Source: an uncultured Candidatus Saccharibacteria bacterium (GTDB taxonomy: Bacteria; Patescibacteriota; Minisyncoccia; Phycocordibacterales; UBA918). From it: a DNA stretch of 64,000 nt. Positions 55,186-64,000 of this stretch are shown in pieces. Under the pieces are notes generated by a model that saw only the letters and a program-made list of their open reading frames with translations, ran no database searches and was not told where the DNA came from. Every line of letters begins with the position of its first letter. Position 1 is the first letter of the stretch. The translations under genes were made by a program, and so were the position numbers. The stretch covers positions 21,811 through 85,810 of the forward strand of contig CAYGLK010000003.1 in assembly GCA_964350985.1 (NCBI GenBank). Direction: 5' to 3'.

Positions 55186-55824
55186 ATGCCAAACTTCATC
55201 GAGCTACAAGGATTCGGATGGAATTGGCTCACTGCCAGCTCTGTTGTCATCATCACTCTCAACCTCTGGCAGTTTGCGGCATACACCAAGCAAGGTACTG
55301 CCATCTGGAGAGAGCAGAGCACAGAAGCAATGTCTATTACCTTTACCATAATGGTTGCCAGCATTCTTGCTGGTACTCTGTGGTACGGCATACTGATTAA
55401 CAGCCTGTCGCTAATACTTGCAGGCTGCAGCTTTGTGCCAGGAATTGTGCTTGTCGCTGGTGCCTTTCGCTATGGACAGCCTGCGTCGAAAGATAAGGTC
55501 TTACTGGCGATTGGGATAATAGCTCCATTCAGCTTTTCATTACCGATAAACCCCGCCTACGTATTTGCCATGTTTGCTGCCGCTACCATAGTCCCTTTGG
55601 TCTCGCAGTTGCTGGCTTTTTACCGGGCAAACAATCGAGGAGTTGCCCGAGGAGAACTTCTCTTCACGTACGTGATAAAAAACACCGCATTCTTGGTGTT
55701 TGGTTTAGCAATACAAGACTGGGTACTAATTATTGGTGGAGCCATTTGGTTTTTTCTGGCAATATGGCTCTTCGCGAAATGGTACTCACTTCCAATCTCA
55801 AGGCAAAGACCAGCGCCAACGTAA
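55186..55824 (+). CDS. Hypothetical polytopic membrane protein
   Basis: 212 aa, 6 predicted TM helices. Confidence 0.4.
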   Translation: MPNFIELQGFGWNWLTASSVVIITLNLWQFAAYTKQGTAIWREQSTEAMSITFTIMVASILAGTLWYGILINSLSLILAGCSFVPGIVLVAGAFRYGQPASKDKVLLAIGIIAPFSFSLPINPAYVFAMFAAATIVPLVSQLLAFYRANNRGVARGELLFTYVIKNTAFLVFGLAIQDWVLIIGGAIWFFLAIWLFAKWYSLPISRQRPAPT

Positions 55825-55887
55825 CCCCACGCCGTCAGGCGGAGAATCTCTCCGCTTCCATGACGGTGGCGGGGTTTTTCTTTTGCC

Positions 55888-55963
55888 TAAACAAACCCTC
55901 GCCTCATCCAGCCAACCCAAACACAATTCCTCAAACTGGTTCCACCCTAGGGACAGTACGTGC
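55888..55963 (+). repeat. R3 repeat, copy 2
   Basis: Homologous to 50793-50873. Confidence 0.6.
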
Positions 55964-56134
55964 ACGTGTATATAGAGATAATCACTTTTTATAATATTTT
56001 TTTGTAAGATGTTTAAGTATGATCTATAGACTACCTCATTAACCATATAGCAATAATAGACACGACTATTGCTACCAACTTCTTTTCGTTCCAGTGCTCT
56101 TTAAAAAAGATTATTGATAATACGATTGGGATAA

Positions 56135-56911
56135 TTATGTATAGAGAATGAATTGTATAAACAATTGCAAGTGGGCCCCATATTTAAAAGCCAAAACTAA
56201 CGAACTAAAACTTACTACCTGAATAAGGCTAGTAATTATAGATAGAATAACCAAACCTTTGTCAAAGTGATGTCTTTCTTCTTTTGTCTCAGTATTCTTT
56301 TTTCTAAAACGATATAAAAAGACGCCTATCATTGCCCCAAATGAGGTGTTTATTGCCGCAAACAAAAGCACAGAGGAAAATAAATTTGTTGCCTCTTTTA
56401 CGATTGCAGAAGCAACAGCAACAAAAATAGCACTTAAAATAAGGAGAGTTAATCCTTTTGCCATGTCCTTTTGTCTATGACTTTCTACACGACTAATCAG
56501 AAGTATAGGGACAGTCATACCTAAAATTATCCCTCCCCATTCATATGCTGTCATTGTTTCTTTAAAGAAAATAATGCCTAGAAACAACACAAACAATGGA
56601 CTAAAGAACTTGTGTAGTGGTAAAAAAACAGTAGCATCAATGTGTCTCAAACCATCCATTCTATAATTTGAACCCAATATATATACAACTCCACCTAATA
56701 ATGCCCAAGCAATCATATACAAAGAAAGTTCACCAAAACCTTCAAATAAGCCAGCTATTACAAAGACAATCATTGAAGAAAGTCCTGCGGAATAACTATT
56801 AACCAGGCTAGAGTTATATCCTCGCATGGCTCCAACTTTTTGAGCAAAGACATGCAGCCCTCCAAACACCGCCGCCAAAAGTGTGAGGATAAACCATAGT
56901 TCCATATTCAT
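56135..56911 (-). CDS. Polytopic membrane protein (DMT/EamA-like)
   Basis: About 8-9 TM helices; weak EamA-like duplication. Confidence 0.4.
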   Translation of the reverse strand: MNMELWFILTLLAAVFGGLHVFAQKVGAMRGYNSSLVNSYSAGLSSMIVFVIAGLFEGFGELSLYMIAWALLGGVVYILGSNYRMDGLRHIDATVFLPLHKFFSPLFVLFLGIIFFKETMTAYEWGGIILGMTVPILLISRVESHRQKDMAKGLTLLILSAIFVAVASAIVKEATNLFSSVLLFAAINTSFGAMIGVFLYRFRKKNTETKEERHHFDKGLVILSIITSLIQVVSFSSLVLAFKYGAHLQLFIQFILYT

Positions 56912-57055
56912 TTTACTTTAACACAGAAAAACCCTTGTCTCCTATAGCTGATTCTCAAACACAGTTCGAACGTCCTCTGCAAGGTTACTCTCCAGAAATT
57001 GAAAACCGCTCTGACTAGCAGAACGGTTCCTATCACACCAAGTGATAAAAGTGAT

Positions 57056-57757
57056 TCAAAGGCTCTCCAGATAACTGATCAACTCGTCAGCAGACTCTCT
57101 GTCTGACTGAAAAAGTCTCAGCACCTGAATAGCCGCCTCCTTGGGCAATCCCAGATCGACTAAATCGTCGATGTTCCAGACAGTGCAGCTTTTTTCGTTC
57201 AGCTCCCGAAACATTTCCTCGGCGTCAGCTGCAAAGCCTTTGTTGAAAGCAATTCGAACCGCCACCGCTGACCAGCCTTCCGTTTCGTACAAAAGACCGA
57301 TTTCGGCACGAGATATAGGAAGGTTATTCTTAGAGCTGATTGCGATGTGTAGCAATGGCGTTGTGTGTGGCCGTGGACTTTCGAGCCAGAGTCGTTCGTA
57401 GTACTGTCTCAGATTCTCGTGAAGAATCCAATCCTTACTGAAAGACATATGAGCGACCATGTTGATCGGGCACATTTCGTAGGCTTCCCGTTTGACCGCA
57501 GACCAAACGGACCATTTATTCAATGTGGCCTGGACCATGGCTGGATACACCAACAGCCTTTGCTCAGGTGAAAAACACTGGTTCCAGATTCCTTCCTTAA
57601 AATAACTCGATATCGCCCCTCCAAGACGCGGTATTTCTTTGGTATTGTAACGATCAGAAAACCATCTCTCCCAATCGCCAACACTCATTTCTAAAATACT
57701 TTCGGGATACATCACCTGTCTCCTCAATCGAATGTGAAATGATGATTTGCATACCAC
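57056..57757 (-). CDS. Hypothetical protein
   Basis: ORF only. Confidence 0.35.
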   Translation of the reverse strand: MVCKSSFHIRLRRQVMYPESILEMSVGDWERWFSDRYNTKEIPRLGGAISSYFKEGIWNQCFSPEQRLLVYPAMVQATLNKWSVWSAVKREAYEMCPINMVAHMSFSKDWILHENLRQYYERLWLESPRPHTTPLLHIAISSKNNLPISRAEIGLLYETEGWSAVAVRIAFNKGFAADAEEMFRELNEKSCTVWNIDDLVDLGLPKEAAIQVLRLFQSDRESADELISYLESL

Positions 57758-57988
57758 TAAATGAACATGTGGCTACAGTCATATAACTACCATACAGTAA
57801 CGTTGTCAAATATACCCCTTCTATATAATTTCAGATACAGTTATAGGAATTATTAACATCTTCCTCAGGCTGATACATGAATAGGTATAGATAAATATAA
57901 AACTAAAATTAGTATTGAAAAAATGCTCAATTTGTGGCACTATTCGACTTGAGTAGTACCTCTGCTACGTGAGCAGCGTAGCTTTCGT

Positions 57989-58228
57989 TTGAAGGAGAAG
58001 ACCATGATCCAGTTGATTGAAGACGTCCCGTGCTCTGACAAAGTACACCACACGGCCTTTGGCTTTTTTGTCGATGAACAGCAGCCTGGAGAACTGCTTG
58101 TGGGTTTCGTGCCGCTCTCAAACTTCCGCCTGGTAGATCCTGCCCGGGGAACCAAATTCACCGATGCGGTGATGGAAAAGCTCAATCAAATTTATCCCAG
58201 ACATCGGGTCATCTTCGGAATCGACTGA
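57989..58228 (+). CDS. Hypothetical small protein
   Basis: 79-aa ORF. Confidence 0.3.
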   Translation: MKEKTMIQLIEDVPCSDKVHHTAFGFFVDEQQPGELLVGFVPLSNFRLVDPARGTKFTDAVMEKLNQIYPRHRVIFGID

Positions 58229-58325
58229 AGATCTGGTTGTCAGAATCCGCGCATCACCGTCGCCCAACCCTGCAGGGAAGGGCGACTTTGCTATTTTAGT
58301 TCACCTTTATATTACTTTTTAAAGC

Positions 58326-58455
58326 AACTCTTTACCTGCCGGTTCATAAATCATAATTTTTTGTTCTTCATTCTCTTCGATTATCCTGAATCCAACTCTT
58401 TGATATAAATCAAATGCTTTTTGATTACTGTTAATACTTCCAAATTCCTAACTAA
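58326..58455 (-). pseudogene. C-terminal remnant of a GNAT-family acetyltransferase (about 42 codons, no N-terminus)
   Basis: Translation EFGSINSNQKAFDLYQRVGFRIIEENEEQKIMIYEPAGKELL* resembles GNAT motif D/C-terminus; in-frame stop immediately upstream. Confidence 0.3.
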
Positions 58456-58484
58456 AACAAAAAGGCCTTTCGGCCTTTTTGTTT
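58454..58484. terminator. Bidirectional terminator
   Basis: aaaacaaaaaggcc-tttc-ggcctttttgtttt. Confidence 0.55.
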
Positions 58485-58507
58485 TATCTACTTCCCTCAA
58501 TTAAAAA

Positions 58508-59119
58508 TTATTCTGTTGGTGGGATAAGTACTGAGTCGATCACAAATGTAACTCCATTGCTTGAGATCACATCTGCTGTCTCAACCATTGCTGTTCCATT
58601 AATAGAAATTTGACCGTTCTTGTTCCCAATAACAATTTCTTGACCCTGTACTGTTTCTAACTTCATGCCATCTTTAAGATCAGCAGAGGTAAAGCTTCCA
58701 GCTACCACGTGGTAAGTTAAAATATTAACTAAATCATCTTTGTTCTCAGGCATAAGTAATGTCTCAACAGTTCCTGCAGGCAAAGCATCGAAAGCAGCGT
58801 TTGTGGGTGCAAATACTGTAAATGGACCTTCACTTTTTAAAGTATCTACCAAACCAGCAGCAGCAACAGCTGCCACAACAGTAGTTACATTGCTTGCGTT
58901 CTTAGCATTTTCTACAATGTCTAAATTCTGCACCATAAGTGCACCTCCCACCATGACTCCTTCAACCTCTTCTTCTTCCATACTATCAGCCTTATCATCA
59001 GTCATTGTCATCTCCTTTTCCATTGCAGCCATACCTGTATCCTCTGGCGAAGATTGAAAAGCGTAAACCCCAGCAAATATAATTAACGCAGCAATGGCTG
59101 CTAATGCTATTTTGTTCAT
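58508..59119 (-). CDS. Fasciclin (FAS1) domain protein, secreted
   Basis: Signal peptide, FTVFAPTNAAFDALPAGT and ILTYHVVAG FAS1 motifs. Confidence 0.75.
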   Translation of the reverse strand: MNKIALAAIAALIIFAGVYAFQSSPEDTGMAAMEKEMTMTDDKADSMEEEEVEGVMVGGALMVQNLDIVENAKNASNVTTVVAAVAAAGLVDTLKSEGPFTVFAPTNAAFDALPAGTVETLLMPENKDDLVNILTYHVVAGSFTSADLKDGMKLETVQGQEIVIGNKNGQISINGTAMVETADVISSNGVTFVIDSVLIPPTE

Positions 59120-59265
59120 ATTTATATGTTTATTAATTTAATAACTCAAAAAACTAAATTTCTATTTTGTTTTTCCAAGTACTTCTATTACTCTGGTAAC
59201 TTTTCTTAGTTTTCTAAGGTAGTTAACTTTGTTAACAATATCAAAGCATGCTTTAATATGCAAAT

Positions 59266-59715
59266 ATGAAGACTTACTCATTTGGATTAACTCAAGCAAC
59301 GGCTTACCGTGCCTTAAAGGGACACACCAATAAGCTACTTCTCCCCTATGGAATAACTGCTTTTGACTGGGCACTTTTGGGGCTGTTATATGAAGAGAAA
59401 AATGGAATCAGAACCACTGCTTTGGCTGACAACCTTTGTGTAAGTAAGGCAATGATTTCAAAAACAACTAAGAAATTGGGTGCTTCCGGCTGGATTGAGT
59501 TGTCTGAGCAAGAAAATAAAGATAAGCGAGCAGTACTGTTTGTTCTCACAAACAAATCTAGAGAGTCCATGCCAAAGATAGAACAAGAGCTCCGTAATGA
59601 CTTCAGAGCCATTCTAGGTAAAGTAGGTAAACTTGACCTCTTAATGTACTACCGTTCTTCTTTGGTAATTGCTAAACATCTAAAACAAGATATCGATAAA
59701 TCAAATCTGGTATAA
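59266..59715 (+). CDS. MarR-family transcriptional regulator
   Basis: Winged-helix region with LSEQENKDKRAVLFVLT wing; 149 aa. Confidence 0.6.
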   Translation: MKTYSFGLTQATAYRALKGHTNKLLLPYGITAFDWALLGLLYEEKNGIRTTALADNLCVSKAMISKTTKKLGASGWIELSEQENKDKRAVLFVLTNKSRESMPKIEQELRNDFRAILGKVGKLDLLMYYRSSLVIAKHLKQDIDKSNLV

Positions 59716-59785
59716 GGGTTCTTTTGATGAGAGAGGAAGAATTGCTATTGGTTAAATCAGGGTTATTATCGTATGCTTAGAAGAT

Positions 59786-60625
59786 ATGCAATCATTCTTT
59801 AATTTTTTCAGTATCTCGCCCGCTGATATAAAAACCTGGTTCTTAGGGGTTTTGCCAAACCTGTTTACCGCCATCATTACAATTTTTCTTTTTATTGTTA
59901 CCTATATGGTTCTAAGTAGAATCATTGACCGGGCACTTAAACAGACAAATCTAACTACATCATTACGGGAGATTATAGTTGGTTCATTTTTAAAATGGAT
60001 AATTGGAATCTTTGCCCTCATCATGGCCCTCAGTCAACTAGGTTTTGATGTTACTGCTGCTCTAACAGGTGTCGGTATTGCTGGTATTGCTCTCGGACTT
60101 GCTGCCAAAGAAACTCTTTCAAATATTTTTGCTGGTGTCAGTATTTTTATTGATAAACTTTATGTTATCGGCGACTGGGTTGAGATTACTGGTAAGTATG
60201 GACAGGTAAAGAAAATTACTCTCCGGACAACGAAAATTCGCACCCTTGATAATATTTTTATTATTATCCCTAACAATCAAGTGACCACTGCCCCAATTAC
60301 AAATTTCTCTGAAGAAGGTGCAGTCAGAATCACTGCAAAAATTTCTATATCATATGGTTCTTCGATTGAAGAAGCTCGCACGGTTATTTTAGATACAATA
60401 AAAACTATAGAGGGTGTTAAGACTGAGCCGGCCCCAGCTGTTGTGGTTGAAGAGCTTGGTGATTCAAGTATAAATCTATTAGTGCGGATGTGGGTTGATG
60501 ACCCAGGTACAGACCCTTCTTTCCGTTACCTTCTAACAGAAAAATGTAAATTGGCTCTAGATAAGGTTGGTATTGAAATTCCCTTCCCGCAAAGAGTAAT
60601 TCATTCTGTCCAAAGTAAAAACTAA
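59786..60625 (+). CDS. Small-conductance mechanosensitive channel (MscS family)
   Basis: Three TM helices then GDWVEI..KYGQVKKITLRTTKIRTLDN beta-domain signature. Confidence 0.75.
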   Translation: MQSFFNFFSISPADIKTWFLGVLPNLFTAIITIFLFIVTYMVLSRIIDRALKQTNLTTSLREIIVGSFLKWIIGIFALIMALSQLGFDVTAALTGVGIAGIALGLAAKETLSNIFAGVSIFIDKLYVIGDWVEITGKYGQVKKITLRTTKIRTLDNIFIIIPNNQVTTAPITNFSEEGAVRITAKISISYGSSIEEARTVILDTIKTIEGVKTEPAPAVVVEELGDSSINLLVRMWVDDPGTDPSFRYLLTEKCKLALDKVGIEIPFPQRVIHSVQSKN

Positions 60626-60649
60626 CTATCAAGTTGATATACTATTTAT

Positions 60650-60937
60650 ATGAGTACCATTCATGAACAAAGACTGAAAGTAGAAGCAGAGATGAAGAAG
60701 TTAGAAAAAATGGGAGGTTCATTAACTAGCCAGGTAAAGAACTTAAGAGATAATGCCTTTTCAAGATTTCCGATAGTTTTTGTTTTTCTCTCAACTTTTG
60801 GTATCGTCGCGACTTTTTATGGATTTGAAAAGATCATAGATCAAATTCAATACTTTGAAGAAAACCCCTCAATGGTTTTGGTAGTTGGGATCTTCACCTT
60901 AGCTGTAACAGGTGCTTTGTATAAAAAACTGAATTAG
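60650..60937 (+). CDS. Hypothetical small membrane protein
   Basis: 95 aa, two TM helices. Confidence 0.35.
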   Translation: MSTIHEQRLKVEAEMKKLEKMGGSLTSQVKNLRDNAFSRFPIVFVFLSTFGIVATFYGFEKIIDQIQYFEENPSMVLVVGIFTLAVTGALYKKLN

Positions 60938-61046
60938 TATTGAAAAGACAAGTATACCAAAAGCATTCAAGGATTTTAATAAGCACTTGAATCTTTTTGA
61001 TTAAACGTATAAAGTGCATCTAACGCAACGATAAAGGAGAGCGGTC

Positions 61047-61487
61047 ATGACAGACCGATGTAATCTCCCGAATCGGGAGCGAGTGTTCATACAGTCACTG
61101 ATGTATCACGGGTTCCGAAAAACCAACAAACGCTACGACCTCAAGTTTAGAACAGGATTTATAATTCCTGCCACTAGACGTGAAGATTCAAGCGGAATTG
61201 ATTTCTGGATCAAGATGCCAAGAGACGAACGTCTATTTCCAGTTCAGGTTACCCAACGTGGTGTCCAGATGTTTAGGAAGTACCACATTCAATCAGGAGG
61301 TATTCTGGACGAGTTTATAATTCGATCACAGGTTAGGGTCGAGATAAAAAGAAAGCGCTGCAAAAAGCATGGAATTGCTTTTGTACTAGTGCGCGACTTC
61401 GAAGGATTCTTCTCTAATCCAAGATTAGCCTGGGGCGACATCAAAGCTCTACGCTACGCAATTGCCCACCTGAAGCGCTGGCTCTGA
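61047..61487 (+). CDS. Hypothetical protein
   Basis: 146-aa ORF followed by hairpin terminator gcgctggctc-tga-gccagcgtttttt. Confidence 0.35.
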   Translation: MTDRCNLPNRERVFIQSLMYHGFRKTNKRYDLKFRTGFIIPATRREDSSGIDFWIKMPRDERLFPVQVTQRGVQMFRKYHIQSGGILDEFIIRSQVRVEIKRKRCKKHGIAFVLVRDFEGFFSNPRLAWGDIKALRYAIAHLKRWL

Positions 61488-61529
61488 GCCAGCGTTTTTT
61501 CTTTTACGAAATAATACTTCAAATAAAAA

Positions 61530-63335
61530 CTAAACGTCCTCTCCTACGAACCCCCCAGCTTGATGTTCCCAAAGACGCTGATAGGTGCCTCCAGCTTTTG
61601 CTAAGACTTCATGTTTCCCATCTTCTTCAATTTTTCCAGATTCCAACACTAAGATTCTATCCATTTCTCGCAAAGTAGATAGGCGGTGAGCAATGGCAAT
61701 AACTGTCTTTCCTCGCATAAGTTCATGTAAAGCTTTCTGTATCGCCACCTCACTTTCACTATCCAGAGCTGAGGTTGCTTCGTCTAGTACTAAGATCGGA
61801 GAATTCTTTAACATTGCTCTAGCTATAGCCACTCTTTGTTTTTGTCCACCGGAAAGTTTAATGCCTCTCTCTCCAACCATAGTGTCGTAACCTTCAGATA
61901 GAGTGGCAATAAAATCATGAGCCTGAGCTTTCTTAGCTACCTCAATGATTTCTTCGTCAGTTGCGCCAGTGTTACCGTAGGCGATATTTTCTTTTATAGA
62001 GCGGTGAAACAAAAGAGGCTCTTGCGGAACAACGGAGATCATCTTTCGTAACGAATCTTGAGTAACCTCAGTAATGTTCTGATCGTCAATCATTATTTTT
62101 CCAGAACCAATTTCATGTTGACGTAAAAGCAGAGATACAAAAGTTGTCTTCCCTGCTCCAGAGGGACCAACTAAACCGACTCGTTGACCGGGTTCAATTT
62201 TTAGATCAAAGTTATCAAATACAATATTTTCACCGTACTCAAATGTTACTTTATCCCAAACAATTGCTCCTTCTTCTGTTTTTAAGATAGAAGCGTTTGG
62301 TATATCAACAATCTCACGATCAACTAAAATCTCTTTTAGCCCTTCTTCAATATTTCCATATTCTCGAATAAACCGATTTAGAGCTTGTCCTGTAGTAATA
62401 AACATATACCCTACTCTCCCAAGTAGTCCAAGCACCAATACCAAAACGCCGGCTGATAATCCTTTTTCTCCTAACAAAAAGTACATCAACGCTAAAACAA
62501 TTGCTGTCATTGTAATAGCCGCTATTGTATTTGCCACCATTATTCTTTCACCAAAAAATGCTTGTCTTGTATCTTTCTTGGCTCTGTCATTAAATACATC
62601 TCCCAACCGAGCAAGTTCATGACTTCTTTGTACATACTGCCGAACAGCAGTGATATTAGTGATAGTGTCTACCCCTTCACCACGAGCCTTAGAAGATGCT
62701 GCTGAGTAAGAGACAACCAGAGGTCGACGTTTTTTAGCTGCATAAATATTAAACAAAAGCACTAAAGAGAAAGCTGCCAGTAGAACAAAACCGATACGAA
62801 CATCTATTGCAAAAAACAGACCTAGGGTAACTATCAAACCAATTAATTCTGAAAAGAAAGTCCAAAGAATCTGAAGCATGAGTCCAGCACTGCTATCGAC
62901 TGCGTTTGATATTTTATTGGATAGCGCACCGGCAAAACGATTACTAAAATAAGTATGGCTATGTTGAGTTAAATAATCGTATAGTTCTTTATATCCATCT
63001 TTGTGAAATTTTATGACCCAGCTAAGGGCTGTAAATCCACTTATTCTATAAAAAATCGAATTCCCTGCTGAGACCAACAGAAAAATACCGCCCCAAAATA
63101 TAAGTACTTCTTTTTGCTCAATGATTGTCTCAGCCAAAGTAAAACTATCTACTAGTCTTGACGATACATAAAATATTAATACATTTAAGGTTTCAGCGAC
63201 GATAACCAGCGAGAATGACACAACAGCTAAAAATTTATACTTGGTTCCCAGATACCACAAAAACTTAAGTGGGGTGTTAGGTATACGACCACTATAACTA
63301 GCTATATCAGCTTTTTTTGAATTTATTTTTTTCAT
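61530..63335 (-). CDS. ABC exporter, fused permease and ATP-binding domains (MsbA/lipid-multidrug type)
   Basis: Six TM helices; Walker A GPSGAGKTT, signature LSGGQKQR, Walker B ILVLDEATSALD, H-loop. Confidence 0.85.
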   Translation of the reverse strand: MKKINSKKADIASYSGRIPNTPLKFLWYLGTKYKFLAVVSFSLVIVAETLNVLIFYVSSRLVDSFTLAETIIEQKEVLIFWGGIFLLVSAGNSIFYRISGFTALSWVIKFHKDGYKELYDYLTQHSHTYFSNRFAGALSNKISNAVDSSAGLMLQILWTFFSELIGLIVTLGLFFAIDVRIGFVLLAAFSLVLLFNIYAAKKRRPLVVSYSAASSKARGEGVDTITNITAVRQYVQRSHELARLGDVFNDRAKKDTRQAFFGERIMVANTIAAITMTAIVLALMYFLLGEKGLSAGVLVLVLGLLGRVGYMFITTGQALNRFIREYGNIEEGLKEILVDREIVDIPNASILKTEEGAIVWDKVTFEYGENIVFDNFDLKIEPGQRVGLVGPSGAGKTTFVSLLLRQHEIGSGKIMIDDQNITEVTQDSLRKMISVVPQEPLLFHRSIKENIAYGNTGATDEEIIEVAKKAQAHDFIATLSEGYDTMVGERGIKLSGGQKQRVAIARAMLKNSPILVLDEATSALDSESEVAIQKALHELMRGKTVIAIAHRLSTLREMDRILVLESGKIEEDGKHEVLAKAGGTYQRLWEHQAGGFVGEDV

Positions 63336-63682
63336 TATTAAATTGAGAATAAACTAAAGCTTGAAACAGAGTATTTATCTACAGGTGTCAAAATAGCCTT
63401 TTACTAACTAGGAGCTAAGTATTATTTGGTTCAACAATAACATTTTGTACATCGATAAACAAAGTTAGATAGTTTTTCTTTATTTATTACAATACTGTTA
63501 TATACAGCCACTGCTATTAGATAATGGATTGAAACTAACTATGTAGAAACAAAAGACAGTGACTCTTTTATTTATTAAGGTCTGATAAATAAATCTTAAA
63601 AGTATTGACAACATGTGTTATAGATGTTATTAAGGACCGAGCATTTCCCGGGCAAAAGCCCCTATAAAAGATTCTTTAAACC

Positions 63683-63985
63683 ATGACCAAGATCACCCTC
63701 ACCGACTCTGAGACCCTCAAGTCTGCGATTCGAGCAGTACCCGGGCACTTCTACTTAGGAAATTCAATCGACCCCTTCCTAGAAGAAAGCGCAGGAAAAT
63801 CCCTCAGTCTTGCTGAGATTGTGCATGGTCTTCAAGTCGCGATTGACGCGTTCCCTGCCAAAAAGGATTCTTTGTTCTCCAAGACGTTGGAGGCAAACGT
63901 ACCTGAATACCTCAACAAGATCATCCCCGACAAAGCGGCTGCGGCAGAAGCTAAAGTTCTGTGGGAAGACGTCAAGACAGCGTGA
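63683..63985 (+). CDS. Hypothetical protein
   Basis: 100-aa ORF, GC-richer than its surroundings. Confidence 0.3.
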   Translation: MTKITLTDSETLKSAIRAVPGHFYLGNSIDPFLEESAGKSLSLAEIVHGLQVAIDAFPAKKDSLFSKTLEANVPEYLNKIIPDKAAAAEAKVLWEDVKTA

Positions 63986-64000
63986 TCTTCACGCTGCGGG

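Noticed and set aside
1-64000. CRISPR arrays, rRNA genes, additional tRNAs
   Set aside because: No regularly spaced direct repeats with unique spacers were seen. No rRNA-like conserved blocks. Intergenic regions other than 33810-33885 did not fold into cloverleaves on inspection.

Overview
The window looks like a small, AT-rich bacterial genome, probably Candidate Phyla Radiation / Parcubacteria-like. The evidence is a dense housekeeping core, several membrane-anchored or secreted enzymes, rplK not followed by rplA, and an ATP-cone fused to the RNR small subunit. All of this is inferred by eye from the ORF translations. No similarity search was run.

Positions 1-33.8 kb form a conserved core: the rpsF-ssb-rpsR operon, metG, glyQS, recO, ileS, argS, msrA-msrB, glyA, thyA, dcd, folA, rplK, nusG, secE, class I RNR, and mscL.

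An accessory region of about 24.5 kb begins at a tRNA-His(GUG) gene at 33810-33885. A large serine recombinase gene overlaps the 3' end of this tRNA on the opposite strand. The region contains:
- a block of unannotatable cargo genes (35.5-42 kb);
- a Panacea (DUF4065) antitoxin-like gene paired with an unknown 148-aa partner;
- a small nuclease-fold protein with a PD-(D/E)xK motif;
- a CsoR-centred metal-homeostasis module;
- an ECF sigma factor with a repeat-containing partner;
- an array of transporter, Fic, and histidine-phosphatase genes interleaved with three conserved repeat families, which I call R1, R2, and R3.

The accessory region also holds two near-identical 156-nt repeats. Each ends in a 15-nt copy of the tRNA-His 3' end, at 46376-46390 and 54572-54586. 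GC content there is visibly higher. It appears to end near a GNAT acetyltransferase C-terminal remnant at about 58.3-58.5 kb.

The observations that most deserve follow-up are:
- a complete histidine-phosphatase (PGAM/CobC-like) domain inserted inside IleRS;
- the integron-like but sequence-conserved cassette architecture (R3 - R2 leaderless promoter - gene(s) - R1 3' element), with compensatory hairpin changes;
- the Panacea-domain pair with an unrecognisable toxin candidate;
- the uncharacterised multi-gene cargo next to the recombinase.

No CRISPR array and no rRNA gene were seen.
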